Assembly: GCA_018714805.1 (NCBI GenBank)
Contig: DVMW01000030.1
Location: 1,590-65,589 of the forward strand
Reading direction: 5' to 3'
Origin: Candidatus Fimenecus excrementigallinarum
GTDB lineage: Bacteria; Bacillota; Clostridia; Oscillospirales; Acutalibacteraceae
DNA: 64,000 bases
Made by a program: the position numbers and the translations under genes. The stretch's first letter is position 1; the number at the start of each line of letters is the position of its first letter. The notes below the pieces were generated by a model that was given only the letters and a program-made list of their open reading frames with translations, was not told the DNA's origin and made no database searches. Of the stretch, positions 35,632-44,851 are shown one piece after another.

Positions 35632-37374
35632 TCAGTTGTACTTTTTGCGCGCGATGTAGGAGGTGTGCAGAACCTCGTGTGCCTTGTGGCTCCCGGGTTC
35701 GCCCAAAAACTCTGCGTAGAGCTTCTGGACGGCCTCGTTTTCATGCGACTTGCGCTTCTTGCTCTGCGCGTCCGAATCGTACAGCGCCGCCGCGCGGCGG
35801 GCCTTGAGGTCCACAAAGTTGCGCACGACCGCGTGCTGGATAGGCTGGCCGCCGCCGTTGATGCAGCCGCCCGGGCAGCCCATGATTTCAATGAACTGGT
35901 AATCCGCCGTGCCGTCCTTGATTTTGTCCAGCAGCACCTTGGCGTTCTTTGTGCCGCTGGCGACGGCGACCTTGATTTTGGTCCCCGCCACGTCGTATTC
36001 GGCTTCCTTGATTGCCTGCATCCCGCGGACTTCCTTGAAATCGACGCTCGGCAGCTCCTCGCCGGTCAGCGTCTCAACCGCGGTGCGCAGCGCCGCCTCC
36101 ATCACGCCGCCGGTCGCGCCGAAAATGGTGCCCGCGCCGGTGGATTCGCCGAACGGGATGTCAAAGCTCTCGTCGGGCAGGTGCTTGAAGAAAATGCCCG
36201 CGCTCTCAATCATGCGCGCAAGCTCGCGCGTGGTGATGGCAATGTCCACATCCGGATAGCCGGAGGCCGCCTGGTCCGGGCGCTTGGTCTCGAACTTCTT
36301 GGCGGTGCAGGGCATAACGCCGACAACGACCATATCCTTCGGGTCCATGCCCATTTTCTGCGCATAATAGGTTTTCATCGTCGCGCCGAACATCTGCTGC
36401 GGCGACTTGCAGGTGGACAGGTGCGGGATAAGCTCCGGGTAATAGTGCTCGCAGTACTTAATCCAGCCCGGCGAGCAGGAGGTAATCATCGGCAGCACGC
36501 CGCCGTTTTGGACGCGGTCGAGGAATTCGTGCGCCTCCTCCATAATGGTCAGGTCGGCGGCAAAGTCCGTGTCAAAGACGCGGTCAAAGCCGAGCCTGCG
36601 CAGCGCCGCGACCATCTTGCCCTCGACGTTCGTGCCGATATGCATCCCGAACGCCTCGCCGAGCGTCGCACGGATAGAGGGCGCGGTGTTGACAATCACG
36701 AACTTTGTGGGGTCATTGATGGCGGCCAGAACCTTGTCGGTATCGTCCTTTTCCACAATGGCGCCGGTCGGGCAGTTGACAATGCACTGCCCGCAGGAGA
36801 TGCAGGAGACCTCCGCCAGGTCCTTGTCGAACGCCGAGCTGATGTGCGTGTCAAACCCGCGGGCGTTCGCGCCAATCACCGAAATACCCTGCGCGTCGCA
36901 GGCGGCGACGCACCGGCGGCAGAGGATGCACTTGTTGTTGTCGCGCACCATGTGCGCGGCGGAGTCGTCGAAATCGTAATGGATGGTTTCGCCCGCGAAC
37001 GCGTTTTCGTCGTCCACGCCGAATTCCTTGCAAAGCGCCTGCAGCTCGCACGTCCCGCTGCGCACGCACGACAGGCATTTCTTGTCGTGCGTCGAAAGGA
37101 TGAGCTCCAGCGTCGTTTTGCGCGAATGGCGCACGCGCTCGGTGTTGGTAAAGACCTCCATCCCCTCGTTTACGGGATAGACGCACGCCGTGACCAGGTT
37201 GCGCGCGCCCTTAACCTCGACCATGCAGATGCGGCAGGCGCCGATTTCATTCATGCCCTTGAGGTAGCAGAGCGTCGGGATTTCAATGCCGGCGAAGCGC
37301 GCGGCCTCCAAAATGGAGATACCCTTGGGCACGCTTAAAGGCATACCGTTGATTTTCATGTTGACAGTTTCCAT
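35632..37374 (-). CDS. hydA: [FeFe]-hydrogenase catalytic subunit, HydA of a HydABC-type NADH/ferredoxin-dependent enzyme
   Basis: ORF track, 580 aa. N-terminal 2Fe-2S and 4Fe-4S Cys motifs. H-cluster motifs TSCSPGW, MPCTAKKFE and EIMGCPGGCINGGGQP. Confidence 0.9.
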   Translation of the reverse strand: METVNMKINGMPLSVPKGISILEAARFAGIEIPTLCYLKGMNEIGACRICMVEVKGARNLVTACVYPVNEGMEVFTNTERVRHSRKTTLELILSTHDKKCLSCVRSGTCELQALCKEFGVDDENAFAGETIHYDFDDSAAHMVRDNNKCILCRRCVAACDAQGISVIGANARGFDTHISSAFDKDLAEVSCISCGQCIVNCPTGAIVEKDDTDKVLAAINDPTKFVIVNTAPSIRATLGEAFGMHIGTNVEGKMVAALRRLGFDRVFDTDFAADLTIMEEAHEFLDRVQNGGVLPMITSCSPGWIKYCEHYYPELIPHLSTCKSPQQMFGATMKTYYAQKMGMDPKDMVVVGVMPCTAKKFETKRPDQAASGYPDVDIAITTRELARMIESAGIFFKHLPDESFDIPFGESTGAGTIFGATGGVMEAALRTAVETLTGEELPSVDFKEVRGMQAIKEAEYDVAGTKIKVAVASGTKNAKVLLDKIKDGTADYQFIEIMGCPGGCINGGGQPIQHAVVRNFVDLKARRAAALYDSDAQSKKRKSHENEAVQKLYAEFLGEPGSHKAHEVLHTSYIARKKYN

Positions 37375-37386
37375 GGGGGCACCTCC

Positions 37387-39174
37387 TTATCTTTTCACAA
37401 CCGCGCCGAATTTGCACGTATCCATGCAAACGCCGCACTTGATGCACTTGTTCGGGTCAATCGAGTGGACCTCCTTGACCTTGCCGGAAATGGCGCCGAC
37501 CGGGCATTTGCGCGCGCAGGCCGTGCAGCCGCGGCACTTGTCCGCGTCAATGGCGTAAACCAGAAGCGCCTTGCACACGCCGGCGGGGCAGTGCTTGTCG
37601 CGGATGTGCGCGACGTATTCCTCACGGAAGAATTTCAGTGTGGCGAGCACGGGGTTGGGCGCCGTCTGCCCGAGGCCGCACAGGGAATTCGCCTTGATGT
37701 AGTTGCAAAGGTCCTCCAGCTTGTCGAGGTCCTCCATCGTCGCCTTGCCGTCGGTAATCTTATCGAGCATTTCCAACAGCCGTTTCGTGCCGACGCGGCA
37801 GGGCGTGCACTTGCCGCAGGATTCGTCCACCGTGAAGTTCAAAAAGAACTTCGCGATGTCCACCATGCAGTTGTCCTCGTCCATGACGATAAGGCCGCCC
37901 GAGCCCATCATACAGCCGATGGCGGTCAGGTTGTCGTAGTCGATGGGCGTGTCCATGAGCGACGCCGGGATGCAGCCGCCGGAGGGGCCGCCCGTCTGCG
38001 CCGCCTTGAATTTCTTGCCGTTCGGAATGCCGCCGCCAATCTCTTCAATGATTTCCCGCAGCGTCGTGCCCATCGGAATTTCCACAAGACCCGTGTTGTG
38101 AATCTTGCCGCCGAGCGCAAAGACCTTGGTGCCCTTGGAACGCTCGGTGCCCATGGAGGCGAACCAGTCCGCGCCCTTTAAGATAATCTGCGGAATGTTC
38201 GCAAAGGTTTCGACGTTGTTTTCCGTCGTGGGCTTGCCGAACAGCCCCTTGACCGCCGGGTACGGCGGCCGCGGCCGCGGCTCGCCGCGGTTGCCCTCAA
38301 TGGAGGTCATCAGCGCGGTCTCCTCGCCGCAGACGAACGCGCCGGCGCCCAGGCGCACGTGGATGTCAAAATCGAACCCGGAATCAAAAATGTTCTTGCC
38401 CAAAAGCCCGTATTCGCGCGCCTGTGCAATCGCCTTCTGCAAGCGCTTGACGGCAATGGGATATTCCGCGCGCACATAGACATAGCCTTCGCTCGCGCCC
38501 GTCGCGTAGCCGCAAATGGCCATGGCCTCCACAATGCAGTGCGGGTCGCCCTCCAAAACGGAACGGTCCATAAACGCGCCGGGGTCGCCCTCGTCCGCGT
38601 TGCAGACGACGTACTTCTGGTCGGCCTGGTTCGCCGCGGTAAAGCTCCACTTCTTGCCCGTCGGGAACCCGCCGCCGCCGCGACCGCGCAGGCCGGAGTC
38701 CGAAACGATTTGGATAACCTCCTGCGGCGTATATTCCTTCAGGCACTTTGCAAGCGCCATATAGCCGTCGTACGCGATGTATTCCTCAATGTTTTCCGGG
38801 TCGATAACGCCGCAGTTGCGCAGCGCAACGCGGTGCTGCTTTTTGTAGAAATCCGTTTCCTGCAGGGATTTGACGTCGTCCATCGTGACGGTCTCATCGT
38901 AAAGCAGCCGTTTTACGATGCGCCCCTTTAAAAGGTGCTCCTCGACGATTTCGGGCACATCCGAAACCTTGACCTGGCTGTAAAAGCAGCCCTCGGGATA
39001 GACAATCATAATCGGGCCTAAGGCGCAAAGCCCAAAGCAGCCCGTGCGGACGACCTTGATTTCGTCGGCGAGCCCCTTCGCGGCAATCTCCTTTTCGAGC
39101 GCCTCAATGATGGCGGGGCTGTTCGACGAGGTGCAGCCGGTACCGCCGCAGACCAGAACGTGGGAACGATACAT
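37387..39174 (-). CDS. NuoF-like flavoprotein subunit (HydB)
   Basis: ORF track, 595 aa. GRGGGGFPTGKKW FMN/NADH block and C-terminal 2x[4Fe-4S] (CRGCTACARKCP, CIKCGVCMDTC). Confidence 0.9.
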   Translation of the reverse strand: MYRSHVLVCGGTGCTSSNSPAIIEALEKEIAAKGLADEIKVVRTGCFGLCALGPIMIVYPEGCFYSQVKVSDVPEIVEEHLLKGRIVKRLLYDETVTMDDVKSLQETDFYKKQHRVALRNCGVIDPENIEEYIAYDGYMALAKCLKEYTPQEVIQIVSDSGLRGRGGGGFPTGKKWSFTAANQADQKYVVCNADEGDPGAFMDRSVLEGDPHCIVEAMAICGYATGASEGYVYVRAEYPIAVKRLQKAIAQAREYGLLGKNIFDSGFDFDIHVRLGAGAFVCGEETALMTSIEGNRGEPRPRPPYPAVKGLFGKPTTENNVETFANIPQIILKGADWFASMGTERSKGTKVFALGGKIHNTGLVEIPMGTTLREIIEEIGGGIPNGKKFKAAQTGGPSGGCIPASLMDTPIDYDNLTAIGCMMGSGGLIVMDEDNCMVDIAKFFLNFTVDESCGKCTPCRVGTKRLLEMLDKITDGKATMEDLDKLEDLCNYIKANSLCGLGQTAPNPVLATLKFFREEYVAHIRDKHCPAGVCKALLVYAIDADKCRGCTACARKCPVGAISGKVKEVHSIDPNKCIKCGVCMDTCKFGAVVKR

Positions 39175-39185
39175 GGGCTTCCTCC

Positions 39186-39560
39186 TTACTTCGTCGCGGC
39201 GCCGACCGTGAAGTCCACAATCGGGTTGCCGTTGACCAGATGTTCGTTAACGACCTTGACCGCCTTTTCCGGGGTCATTTTGACATAGGTGACCTTTTCC
39301 TTGCCGGGCTCCATCACTTCCACAATGGGCTCGTACTGGCACATCCCGATGCAGCCGGTCTGCGAGACCATGACGTTTTGCAGGCCGCGCTTTGCGACCT
39401 CGTCCACAAAGGCGTTGAGCACCGGCCGCGCGCCCGCCGCAATGCCGCAGGTCGCCATGCCCACGACCACGCGCGTGCATTCCTCGCCGGACTCCTCGCG
39501 CACGGTCATCCGTTTTTTCGCATTTTCGCGAATGGCCATCAATTCTTCAATCGTTTTCAT
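39186..39560 (-). CDS. (2Fe-2S) thioredoxin-like ferredoxin domain protein
   Basis: Internal ATG 39560 of ORF 39186-39704 (124 aa). VVGMATCGIAAGA and TGCIGMCQYEP Cys motifs. Confidence 0.7.
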   Translation of the reverse strand: MKTIEELMAIRENAKKRMTVREESGEECTRVVVGMATCGIAAGARPVLNAFVDEVAKRGLQNVMVSQTGCIGMCQYEPIVEVMEPGKEKVTYVKMTPEKAVKVVNEHLVNGNPIVDFTVGAATK

Positions 39561-40110
39561 CGTTTTCTCCTTTATACAGGCTTTCCATATGCTCTTGCAA
39601 ATACGCGCGCAGCCATTGCGCCACCGCCGGGTCCGAAAACGGAACGCCGTCCAAGACCGCCGCAAGCTCCGCCGTGTCCAGCGCAAATTCCCGCGCGTCC
39701 ACACGCTGCCGGTACAGGAACTGCCGGTCCGGGTGCATCGTAATCAGCGTGCACAGCGTCGACGCCATATCCCCGAGCGGCGCGCAGTCCACGCTGTCCG
39801 TATGGAAAACGGCGCGCACGTTTGTGCCGATGCCGACTTTCGAGGTAACGGCGAGCGACCCGCCCGTCTGCTCGGCGGCCAGCCGGAACAGCGGAACCCC
39901 CAAGCCGACCTTGCGGGTGGTGCGCGTCGTGTAAAACGGGTCGAGCACCTTTTCTATCTGCTCGTCGGTCATGCCGCAGCCATTGTCGTAAATGCCGATG
40001 GTCAGCGTCTTGGCCGCGGTGTCCTCCAGCACCTCTATGCGGATGCAGGCGGCGTTCGCCGCGACGGAATTTTCGGCAATGTCCAGCACGTTCAGCGACA
40101 GCTCGCGCAT
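39547..40110 (-). CDS. GHKL (histidine-kinase-like) ATPase domain protein
   Basis: Internal ATG 40110 of ORF 39547-40341 (187 aa). NVLDIAENS (N-box), DNGCGM (G1) and GLGVPLF (G2). Shares 1 nt with the hydC stop and overlaps the ferredoxin gene. Confidence 0.65.
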   Translation of the reverse strand: MRELSLNVLDIAENSVAANAACIRIEVLEDTAAKTLTIGIYDNGCGMTDEQIEKVLDPFYTTRTTRKVGLGVPLFRLAAEQTGGSLAVTSKVGIGTNVRAVFHTDSVDCAPLGDMASTLCTLITMHPDRQFLYRQRVDAREFALDTAELAAVLDGVPFSDPAVAQWLRAYLQEHMESLYKGENDEND

Positions 40111-40607
40111 CAGGCTCTGTATTTGGCGAGAATGCCCGCCACGTCGTCTTCGGTGATTTTGCCGTAGACCTCGTCGTTGACCGTCATGACCGGCGCAAGG
40201 CCGCACGCGCCGATGCACCGGCACGCCTCCAGCGAAAACGCGCCGTCCTCGGTGCATTCGCCCGCGCCGATTCCCAACAGCTCGGAAAGCTTGTCGAGAA
40301 TTTGCTGCGAGCCCTTGACGTAGCACGCCGTGCCCAGGCACACCGAAATGTTCGTCTCGCCCTTCGGCGACAGGGAGAACTGCGCGTAGAAGGTGGAGAC
40401 GCCGTAGACCTTTTCCAGCGGGACGTCCATCCCTTCGGCAATCATCACCTGGACCTCATAGGGCAGGTAGCCGTAAATCTCCTGCGCCTCCTGCATGACG
40501 TGCATCAGCTGGCTCTTGTCGTCCTTGCACGCCGCAATCACCGCCTGCAGCCGCTTTTCCTGCTCGGGCGTGCCGCGGAAGGGGACCGTACTGATTTTTT
40601 TGAGCAT
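40110..40607 (-). CDS. NuoE-like 2Fe-2S subunit (HydC)
   Basis: Internal ATG 40607 (AGGAGG RBS) of ORF 40110-40688 (165 aa). CLGTACYVKG and CRCIGACGLAPV motifs. Confidence 0.85.
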   Translation of the reverse strand: MLKKISTVPFRGTPEQEKRLQAVIAACKDDKSQLMHVMQEAQEIYGYLPYEVQVMIAEGMDVPLEKVYGVSTFYAQFSLSPKGETNISVCLGTACYVKGSQQILDKLSELLGIGAGECTEDGAFSLEACRCIGACGLAPVMTVNDEVYGKITEDDVAGILAKYRA

Positions 40608-40690
40608 TTCCTGACTTTCCTCCTTTGCAAAAGCCGCGCGCGCCGCACCGCTTGTGCATACGGGCGCACAACTTTCGCGTATACGCATCC

Positions 40691-40696
40691 ATTATA
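40691..40696 (-). promoter_or_regulatory. possible -10 box of the hydrogenase operon promoter
   Basis: TATAAT on the minus strand, in the only AT-rich stretch upstream of hydC. No convincing -35. Confidence 0.3.
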
Positions 40697-40751
40697 GCAG
40701 AAAGAGTGTTAAAAATCTATCATTTTTTACAAAAAGTTTATCAGTATTTTT

Positions 40752-42116
40752 CTACTGGTTTGGAGGCTTTTCCAGATTTTGTGCGCCGTCTGCGGAAAAC
40801 ACGGCGGCAAGCGTCCGTGCGGCGCGTTCAAAATGCGCCGTCTGCACGCCCGAGCACGTCAGCGACAGCACGCACCGCCCCGCCGCGTCGTTTTCGGCGC
40901 GCAGGGCGACGCTCGCCCGCCTTGCGGCGCGTTCGGCCGTCCCTGCAAGCATTGCCTTGCGCAGGCGCACCTCCACGGCAAAGCCGGTCTCGCGCAGGGC
41001 GACGTCGGCCGTTTCCCCGAACGCGGCCGCCGCCGCGCTTTCCAAAAGCTGGGCCTTTTTTGTATAGAGCCTGCGGACCTTGCGAATCTGGCTGGAAAGG
41101 TGGCCGTCGCGGATAAACTGGCACAGCGCAATCTGCTCGACCTTGGAGGCGGTCTGGTTGTAAAGCGGCGCAACCGTCCTGTAGCGCGTAAGCAGGTCGT
41201 CCGGCAGCACCAGGAAGCTTAAGCGGATGGACGGCAGCAAAAGCCTGGAAAACGTTCCGATGTATACGACGTGCCGCCCGCCGTCGAGCCCCTGCAGCGC
41301 CGGAGCGGGGCGGTCAAAGTAGCAGAACTCATTGTCGTAGTCGTCCTCGATAAGCAGCGCCCCGCGCTCGAGCGTGCGCTTGAGCAGCGCAATGCGCGCG
41401 GGCGTGGAGAGCACGTCGCCGCGCCGGTTCATGTGCGACGGCGAGACATACAGCACCTGCGCGTCCGCCTCTTTTGCGCAGATGGTGAAGCCGTGGTCCT
41501 GAAATATCGCGTGGCCCTGCAAAAACGCAGGGTCGCAAAATGCGACGGTTCTGCGGTCGTGCAGCACCGCGCACAGCAGGTGCAGCAGGCTTTGGACGCC
41601 CGCGCCGATGACGATGGAGTCCGCCCGGCACACGACGTTGCGCTTTTCGGACAGATACAGCGCGAGCGCCTCGCGCAGGTCGCGCTCGCCCTGCACCTCG
41701 CCGTAGGAAAGCAGCCGCCCGTCCTGGCGCAGCGCGCTTTTCAGGTAGCGCCGCCAAAGGTCAAAGTCAAAGCTCTCCCGGTCGGCGGACAGCGACGCAA
41801 AATCGTAAACGGGCGCTTCGAGACGCGCCGCCTGCGGCGTGCGGGCCGGGGCGGGCGCGCGGAAATACAGGTCGGTTACAAAATACCCGCTTTTCGGGCG
41901 GGAAAGGATGTAGCCGTCCGCACACAGCTGCAAATACGCGCCCTCGGCGGTCGTGCGGCTGACGCCGAGGGTTTCGGCGCAGCGGCGCAGCGACGGAAGC
42001 TTTGCGTTGGGCGGCAGCTTGCCGGACAAAATCAAATCCCTGTAATAGTTGTATACCTGCATATACAGCGGCGTGTCCGTGTCGAGCAGCGGTGAAAAGG
42101 CGGGATGGTTTTGCAT
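40752..42116 (-). CDS. MocR/PdxR-type regulator (GntR wHTH fused to an aminotransferase-like domain)
   Basis: ORF track, 454 aa. LYMQVYNYYRDLILSGKL..LPSLRRCAETLGVSRTTAEGAYLQL is a GntR HTH, followed by a fold-type-I PLP domain. Divergent from the pyridoxal kinase gene. Confidence 0.75.
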   Translation of the reverse strand: MQNHPAFSPLLDTDTPLYMQVYNYYRDLILSGKLPPNAKLPSLRRCAETLGVSRTTAEGAYLQLCADGYILSRPKSGYFVTDLYFRAPAPARTPQAARLEAPVYDFASLSADRESFDFDLWRRYLKSALRQDGRLLSYGEVQGERDLREALALYLSEKRNVVCRADSIVIGAGVQSLLHLLCAVLHDRRTVAFCDPAFLQGHAIFQDHGFTICAKEADAQVLYVSPSHMNRRGDVLSTPARIALLKRTLERGALLIEDDYDNEFCYFDRPAPALQGLDGGRHVVYIGTFSRLLLPSIRLSFLVLPDDLLTRYRTVAPLYNQTASKVEQIALCQFIRDGHLSSQIRKVRRLYTKKAQLLESAAAAAFGETADVALRETGFAVEVRLRKAMLAGTAERAARRASVALRAENDAAGRCVLSLTCSGVQTAHFERAARTLAAVFSADGAQNLEKPPNQ

Positions 42117-42225
42117 AATCTGTCCCCTAAAAAATATTTGTTTTTGTGTATTTTCTTAACGACAGTTTTGTTCTATTATAAAGCAGAAGCCAAAAAGAAG
42201 CAAGAGGAAAAAGGAGGGAGCCCGC

Positions 42226-43056
42226 ATGAAGCGTGTGGCGGTGGTCAACGATTTGTCCGGCCTCGGGCGCTGTTCGCTGACGGCGGCGCTGCCGGTGCTG
42301 TCGGCCATGGGGCTCGAATGCTGCCCGCTGCCGACGGCGGTCCTCTCGAACCAGACCGGCTATGACAGCTTTTTCTGCTGTGATTTGACGGACAGCTTGG
42401 ACGCCTATCTTGCCGAGTGGGAAAAGCGCGGCGTGCGCTTTGACGGCGTTTTGACCGGCTATCTCGCAAGCGTCCGGCAGGCGCGGCAAATCGAAACGCT
42501 GCTCGACGCGTTCCGGACGCCGCAGACCGTTTTCGTCTGCGACCCCGTCATGGGGGACGACGGCCGGGTGTACGATACGTATGACGACACGCTTTGCCGC
42601 GCGGTCATGCGGCTTGCGCGCCGCGCAAACGTCCTGACGCCGAATTTGTCGGAGCTGTGCTTTTTGTGCGGCGCCTCTTACGGTGAGCTGTGCGCGCTGC
42701 CCGGCCGGGAAGCGGTGCTTCGCCGCGTCGAATCGCTGGCGCGCACGCTGCTGTCCGACACGCTGCACACCGTGGTTGTCACGGGGCTGCGCAGCGGCGC
42801 GGAGATTTCCTCTCTGCTTGTGACCGCGGCGGGCGGCGTGTGCGTGACCGGGCCCTGCTACGGCGGCAGCTATTCGGGCACCGGCGATTTGTTTGCCGCG
42901 GTGCTCACGGGCGAGCTCGTCCGCGGCACAGATGCCGAAACGGCCGTCCGAAAAGCCATGCGGTTTTTGGAGGCCTCCATTGCGGACAGCTTCCGTGCGG
43001 GGACCGACCGCAACGACGGCGTCGATTTTCAAACGCATTTGGGGATGCTGCTATGA
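42226..43056 (+). CDS. pdxK: pyridoxal/pyridoxamine kinase
   Basis: ORF track, 276 aa. VAVVNDLSGLGRCSLTAALPVLSAMG and DPVMGDDG are typical of Firmicute pyridoxamine kinases. Confidence 0.85.
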   Translation: MKRVAVVNDLSGLGRCSLTAALPVLSAMGLECCPLPTAVLSNQTGYDSFFCCDLTDSLDAYLAEWEKRGVRFDGVLTGYLASVRQARQIETLLDAFRTPQTVFVCDPVMGDDGRVYDTYDDTLCRAVMRLARRANVLTPNLSELCFLCGASYGELCALPGREAVLRRVESLARTLLSDTLHTVVVTGLRSGAEISSLLVTAAGGVCVTGPCYGGSYSGTGDLFAAVLTGELVRGTDAETAVRKAMRFLEASIADSFRAGTDRNDGVDFQTHLGMLL

Positions 43057-43595
43057 GGAAAAACAAAGCGTTTTCGGCGCTGTACAATTTGATTTTAAGC
43101 GCGCTGTTTGCGGCGCTTATCGCCGTGTTTACGGCGTTTGTCAGCATAAAGACCGGTATCAACGACGGTTATCTGCATTTCGGCGACAGCCTCGTTTACC
43201 TCGCCGCCTGCATGCTGCCGCTTCCCTATGCGCCGGCCGCGGCGGCGGTCGGCGGCGCGCTTGCGGATGTGCTCGGCGGCGCGGCGGTCTGGGCGCCGTT
43301 TTCCGCCGTCATCAAGGCGCTCAACACCCTGCCGTTCGCCTTTGTGTATGCCTGCCGTCTGACCAAAAGCCCGCAGCGTATCCTCAACAAAGCAACGGCG
43401 TGGATGCCGCTTGCTTCCGGGCTTATCACCATCCTCGGCTATTTTTTAGTGGAGGGGCTTCTGTATTCGTTCCCGACCGCGGCGGTCTCGTGCCTTGCAA
43501 GCCTGGTCCAGGCGGCGGGCAGCGCGGTTCTGTACTACGCCGCCGCTGCGGCGCTCGACCGCGTGCAAATAAAAAAACGCCTGCACTTGCCGTAA
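43053..43595 (+). CDS. ECF-transporter S component-like membrane protein (vitamin B6-related by context)
   Basis: Internal ATG 43053 of ORF 42690-43595 (180 aa), an ATGA overlap with the pdxK stop. About six hydrophobic helices. No adjacent ATPase or T component. Confidence 0.55.
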   Translation: MRKNKAFSALYNLILSALFAALIAVFTAFVSIKTGINDGYLHFGDSLVYLAACMLPLPYAPAAAAVGGALADVLGGAAVWAPFSAVIKALNTLPFAFVYACRLTKSPQRILNKATAWMPLASGLITILGYFLVEGLLYSFPTAAVSCLASLVQAAGSAVLYYAAAAALDRVQIKKRLHLP

Positions 43596-43627
43596 CAGGC
43601 GGTTTTCCGAAAAAAGGAGTTTTGACT

Positions 43628-44233
43628 ATGACGGACATTGTATACACCTATGCCGGCAAGGTTTATCTGAACCTGACGAACGCCTGCCCGTGCCGCTGCA
43701 AATTCTGCATCCGGCAAAACGGCGACGCCGTCGGCGAGGCGCAGACCCTCTGGTTCTCGGCGCACAGCCCGACGTTTGAAGAAATCCGCGCGGCTGTTGA
43801 CGCCTGGGATTTTACGGGCTACAGGGACGAGGTTGTGTTCTGCGGCTACGGCGAGCCGACCTGCGCGTATGAAAACCTGCTTAAAACGGCGGCGTATCTG
43901 AAGGAAAAGGGCTTGAAGCTGCGCCTGAACACCAACGGCCTTTCCGACCTTATCAACAAAACGCCGACCGCGAAGGCGCTTTGCCGGTATTTTGACACGG
44001 TTTCCGTCTCTCTGAACGCGCCGACCGCCGAAAAATACAAGGACCTCTGCGCGCCGTCGTTCGGGATGCGGGCGTTCGACGCCATTTTGCAGTTTGCGCG
44101 CGAATGCAAGGCGTGCGGCGCCAACGTCAAGTTTACGGTCGTGGACGTCATCTCCGAAGCGGACATCGCCGCCTGCCAAAAGCTTGCGGATGAAATGGGC
44201 ATCCCGCTGCGCGTGCGCGCCTACACGGCATAA
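43628..44233 (+). CDS. small radical SAM protein
   Basis: Internal ATG 43628 (AAAGGAG RBS) of ORF 42893-44233 (201 aa). NACPCRCKFC is a CxxxCxxC cluster. GYGEP block. Confidence 0.7.
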   Translation: MTDIVYTYAGKVYLNLTNACPCRCKFCIRQNGDAVGEAQTLWFSAHSPTFEEIRAAVDAWDFTGYRDEVVFCGYGEPTCAYENLLKTAAYLKEKGLKLRLNTNGLSDLINKTPTAKALCRYFDTVSVSLNAPTAEKYKDLCAPSFGMRAFDAILQFARECKACGANVKFTVVDVISEADIAACQKLADEMGIPLRVRAYTA

Positions 44234-44251
44234 AAAACAGAACAGCAAAAA

Positions 44252-44289
44252 GCAAGACGGCGCGGGAAAAGCCTCCCGCGCCGTCTTGC
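44252..44289 (-). terminator. terminator of the small minus-strand gene
   Basis: 16-bp stem GCAAGACGGCGCGGGA pairs with TCCCGCGCCGTCTTGC with a 6-nt loop. A T-rich tail is present only on the minus strand. Confidence 0.65.
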
Positions 44290-44322
44290 CGTGTGAAAGA
44301 AAAAAATAGGAGAAAACCGATG

Positions 44323-44568
44323 TCAAGCGACGTGTACGCTGCCGCCGGAAGCCTTTTTGGGGCTGCCGCCCTCGTACACGCGGAACGCACGCGCCTTTTG
44401 CATTTTGGCGTACAGCTTTTTGCGCTTGTAGCGGCGGTAGTTGACAAAGAGAATGCGATAAATCCGCCGCTCAAAGGCGATGATTTTGTCCTCCTTGAGG
44501 AACCCGTAAAGCAGCAATCCGATAAAAGCAAGCTCCAAAACAGAGCGAATCGCCAAAGCAGCCGTCAT
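44323..44568 (-). CDS. hypothetical small membrane protein with a basic tail
   Basis: ORF track, 81 aa. One hydrophobic helix, then a Lys/Arg-rich tail. AAGGAGG RBS, two strong promoters upstream and a terminator downstream. Confidence 0.45.
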   Translation of the reverse strand: MTAALAIRSVLELAFIGLLLYGFLKEDKIIAFERRIYRILFVNYRRYKRKKLYAKMQKARAFRVYEGGSPKKASGGSVHVA

Positions 44569-44613
44569 GTCATTTGCCTCCTTAGGAACATTTGTTCTTT
44601 CCTTCTGTTCCCT

Positions 44614-44641
44614 ATTATAGCAGGGTTTTTGCGTTTGTCAA
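44614..44641 (-). promoter_or_regulatory. near-consensus promoter P1 for the small gene
   Basis: Minus strand: TTGACA (44636-41), 16-nt spacer, TATAAT (44614-19). Confidence 0.6.
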
Positions 44642-44725
44642 TACAAATGTTCGATTTTTCTTTTATAAAGTCCCAAAAAACGGACTTTTACAGAGAATTT
44701 TTCCAATCTTTCTCAATGCAGCCTT

Positions 44726-44754
44726 ATAATACCACAAGATATAGTGTTTGTCAA
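44726..44754 (-). promoter_or_regulatory. second promoter-like element, P2
   Basis: Minus strand: TTGACA (44749-54), 17-nt spacer, TATTAT (44726-31). Shares the 11-nt string TATTGACAAAC with P1. Confidence 0.45.
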
Positions 44755-44842
44755 TAATGCAGATACAATTTGTGTGGCCCTCAAGAAATCTTTCTTTTTT
44801 CCGCTTTTTTTCCGCGCGTCTCTTTATCTTTACCGCAGAGTT

Positions 44843-44851
44843 TGTTATAAT
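44843..44851 (+). promoter_or_regulatory. extended -10 element upstream of obg
   Basis: TGTTATAAT (TGnTATAAT), 46 nt before ATG 44897. Confidence 0.4.

Noticed and set aside
35632-40607. I checked the hydrogenase and oxidoreductase genes for selenocysteine recoding or a programmed frameshift.
   Set aside because: All five frames are open end to end with normal starts and stops. I saw no in-frame TGA with a downstream SECIS-like hairpin.
40706-40732. A Rex-like operator upstream of the hydrogenase operon (minus strand TTGTAAAAAATGATAGATTTTTAACAC).
   Set aside because: The half-sites are imperfect (TTGTAAA versus TGTTAAA), and their spacing is much larger than in the TTGTGAA-N6-TTCACAA / TTGTTAA-N4-TTAACAA consensus as I remember it. 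The match may simply reflect AT-richness.
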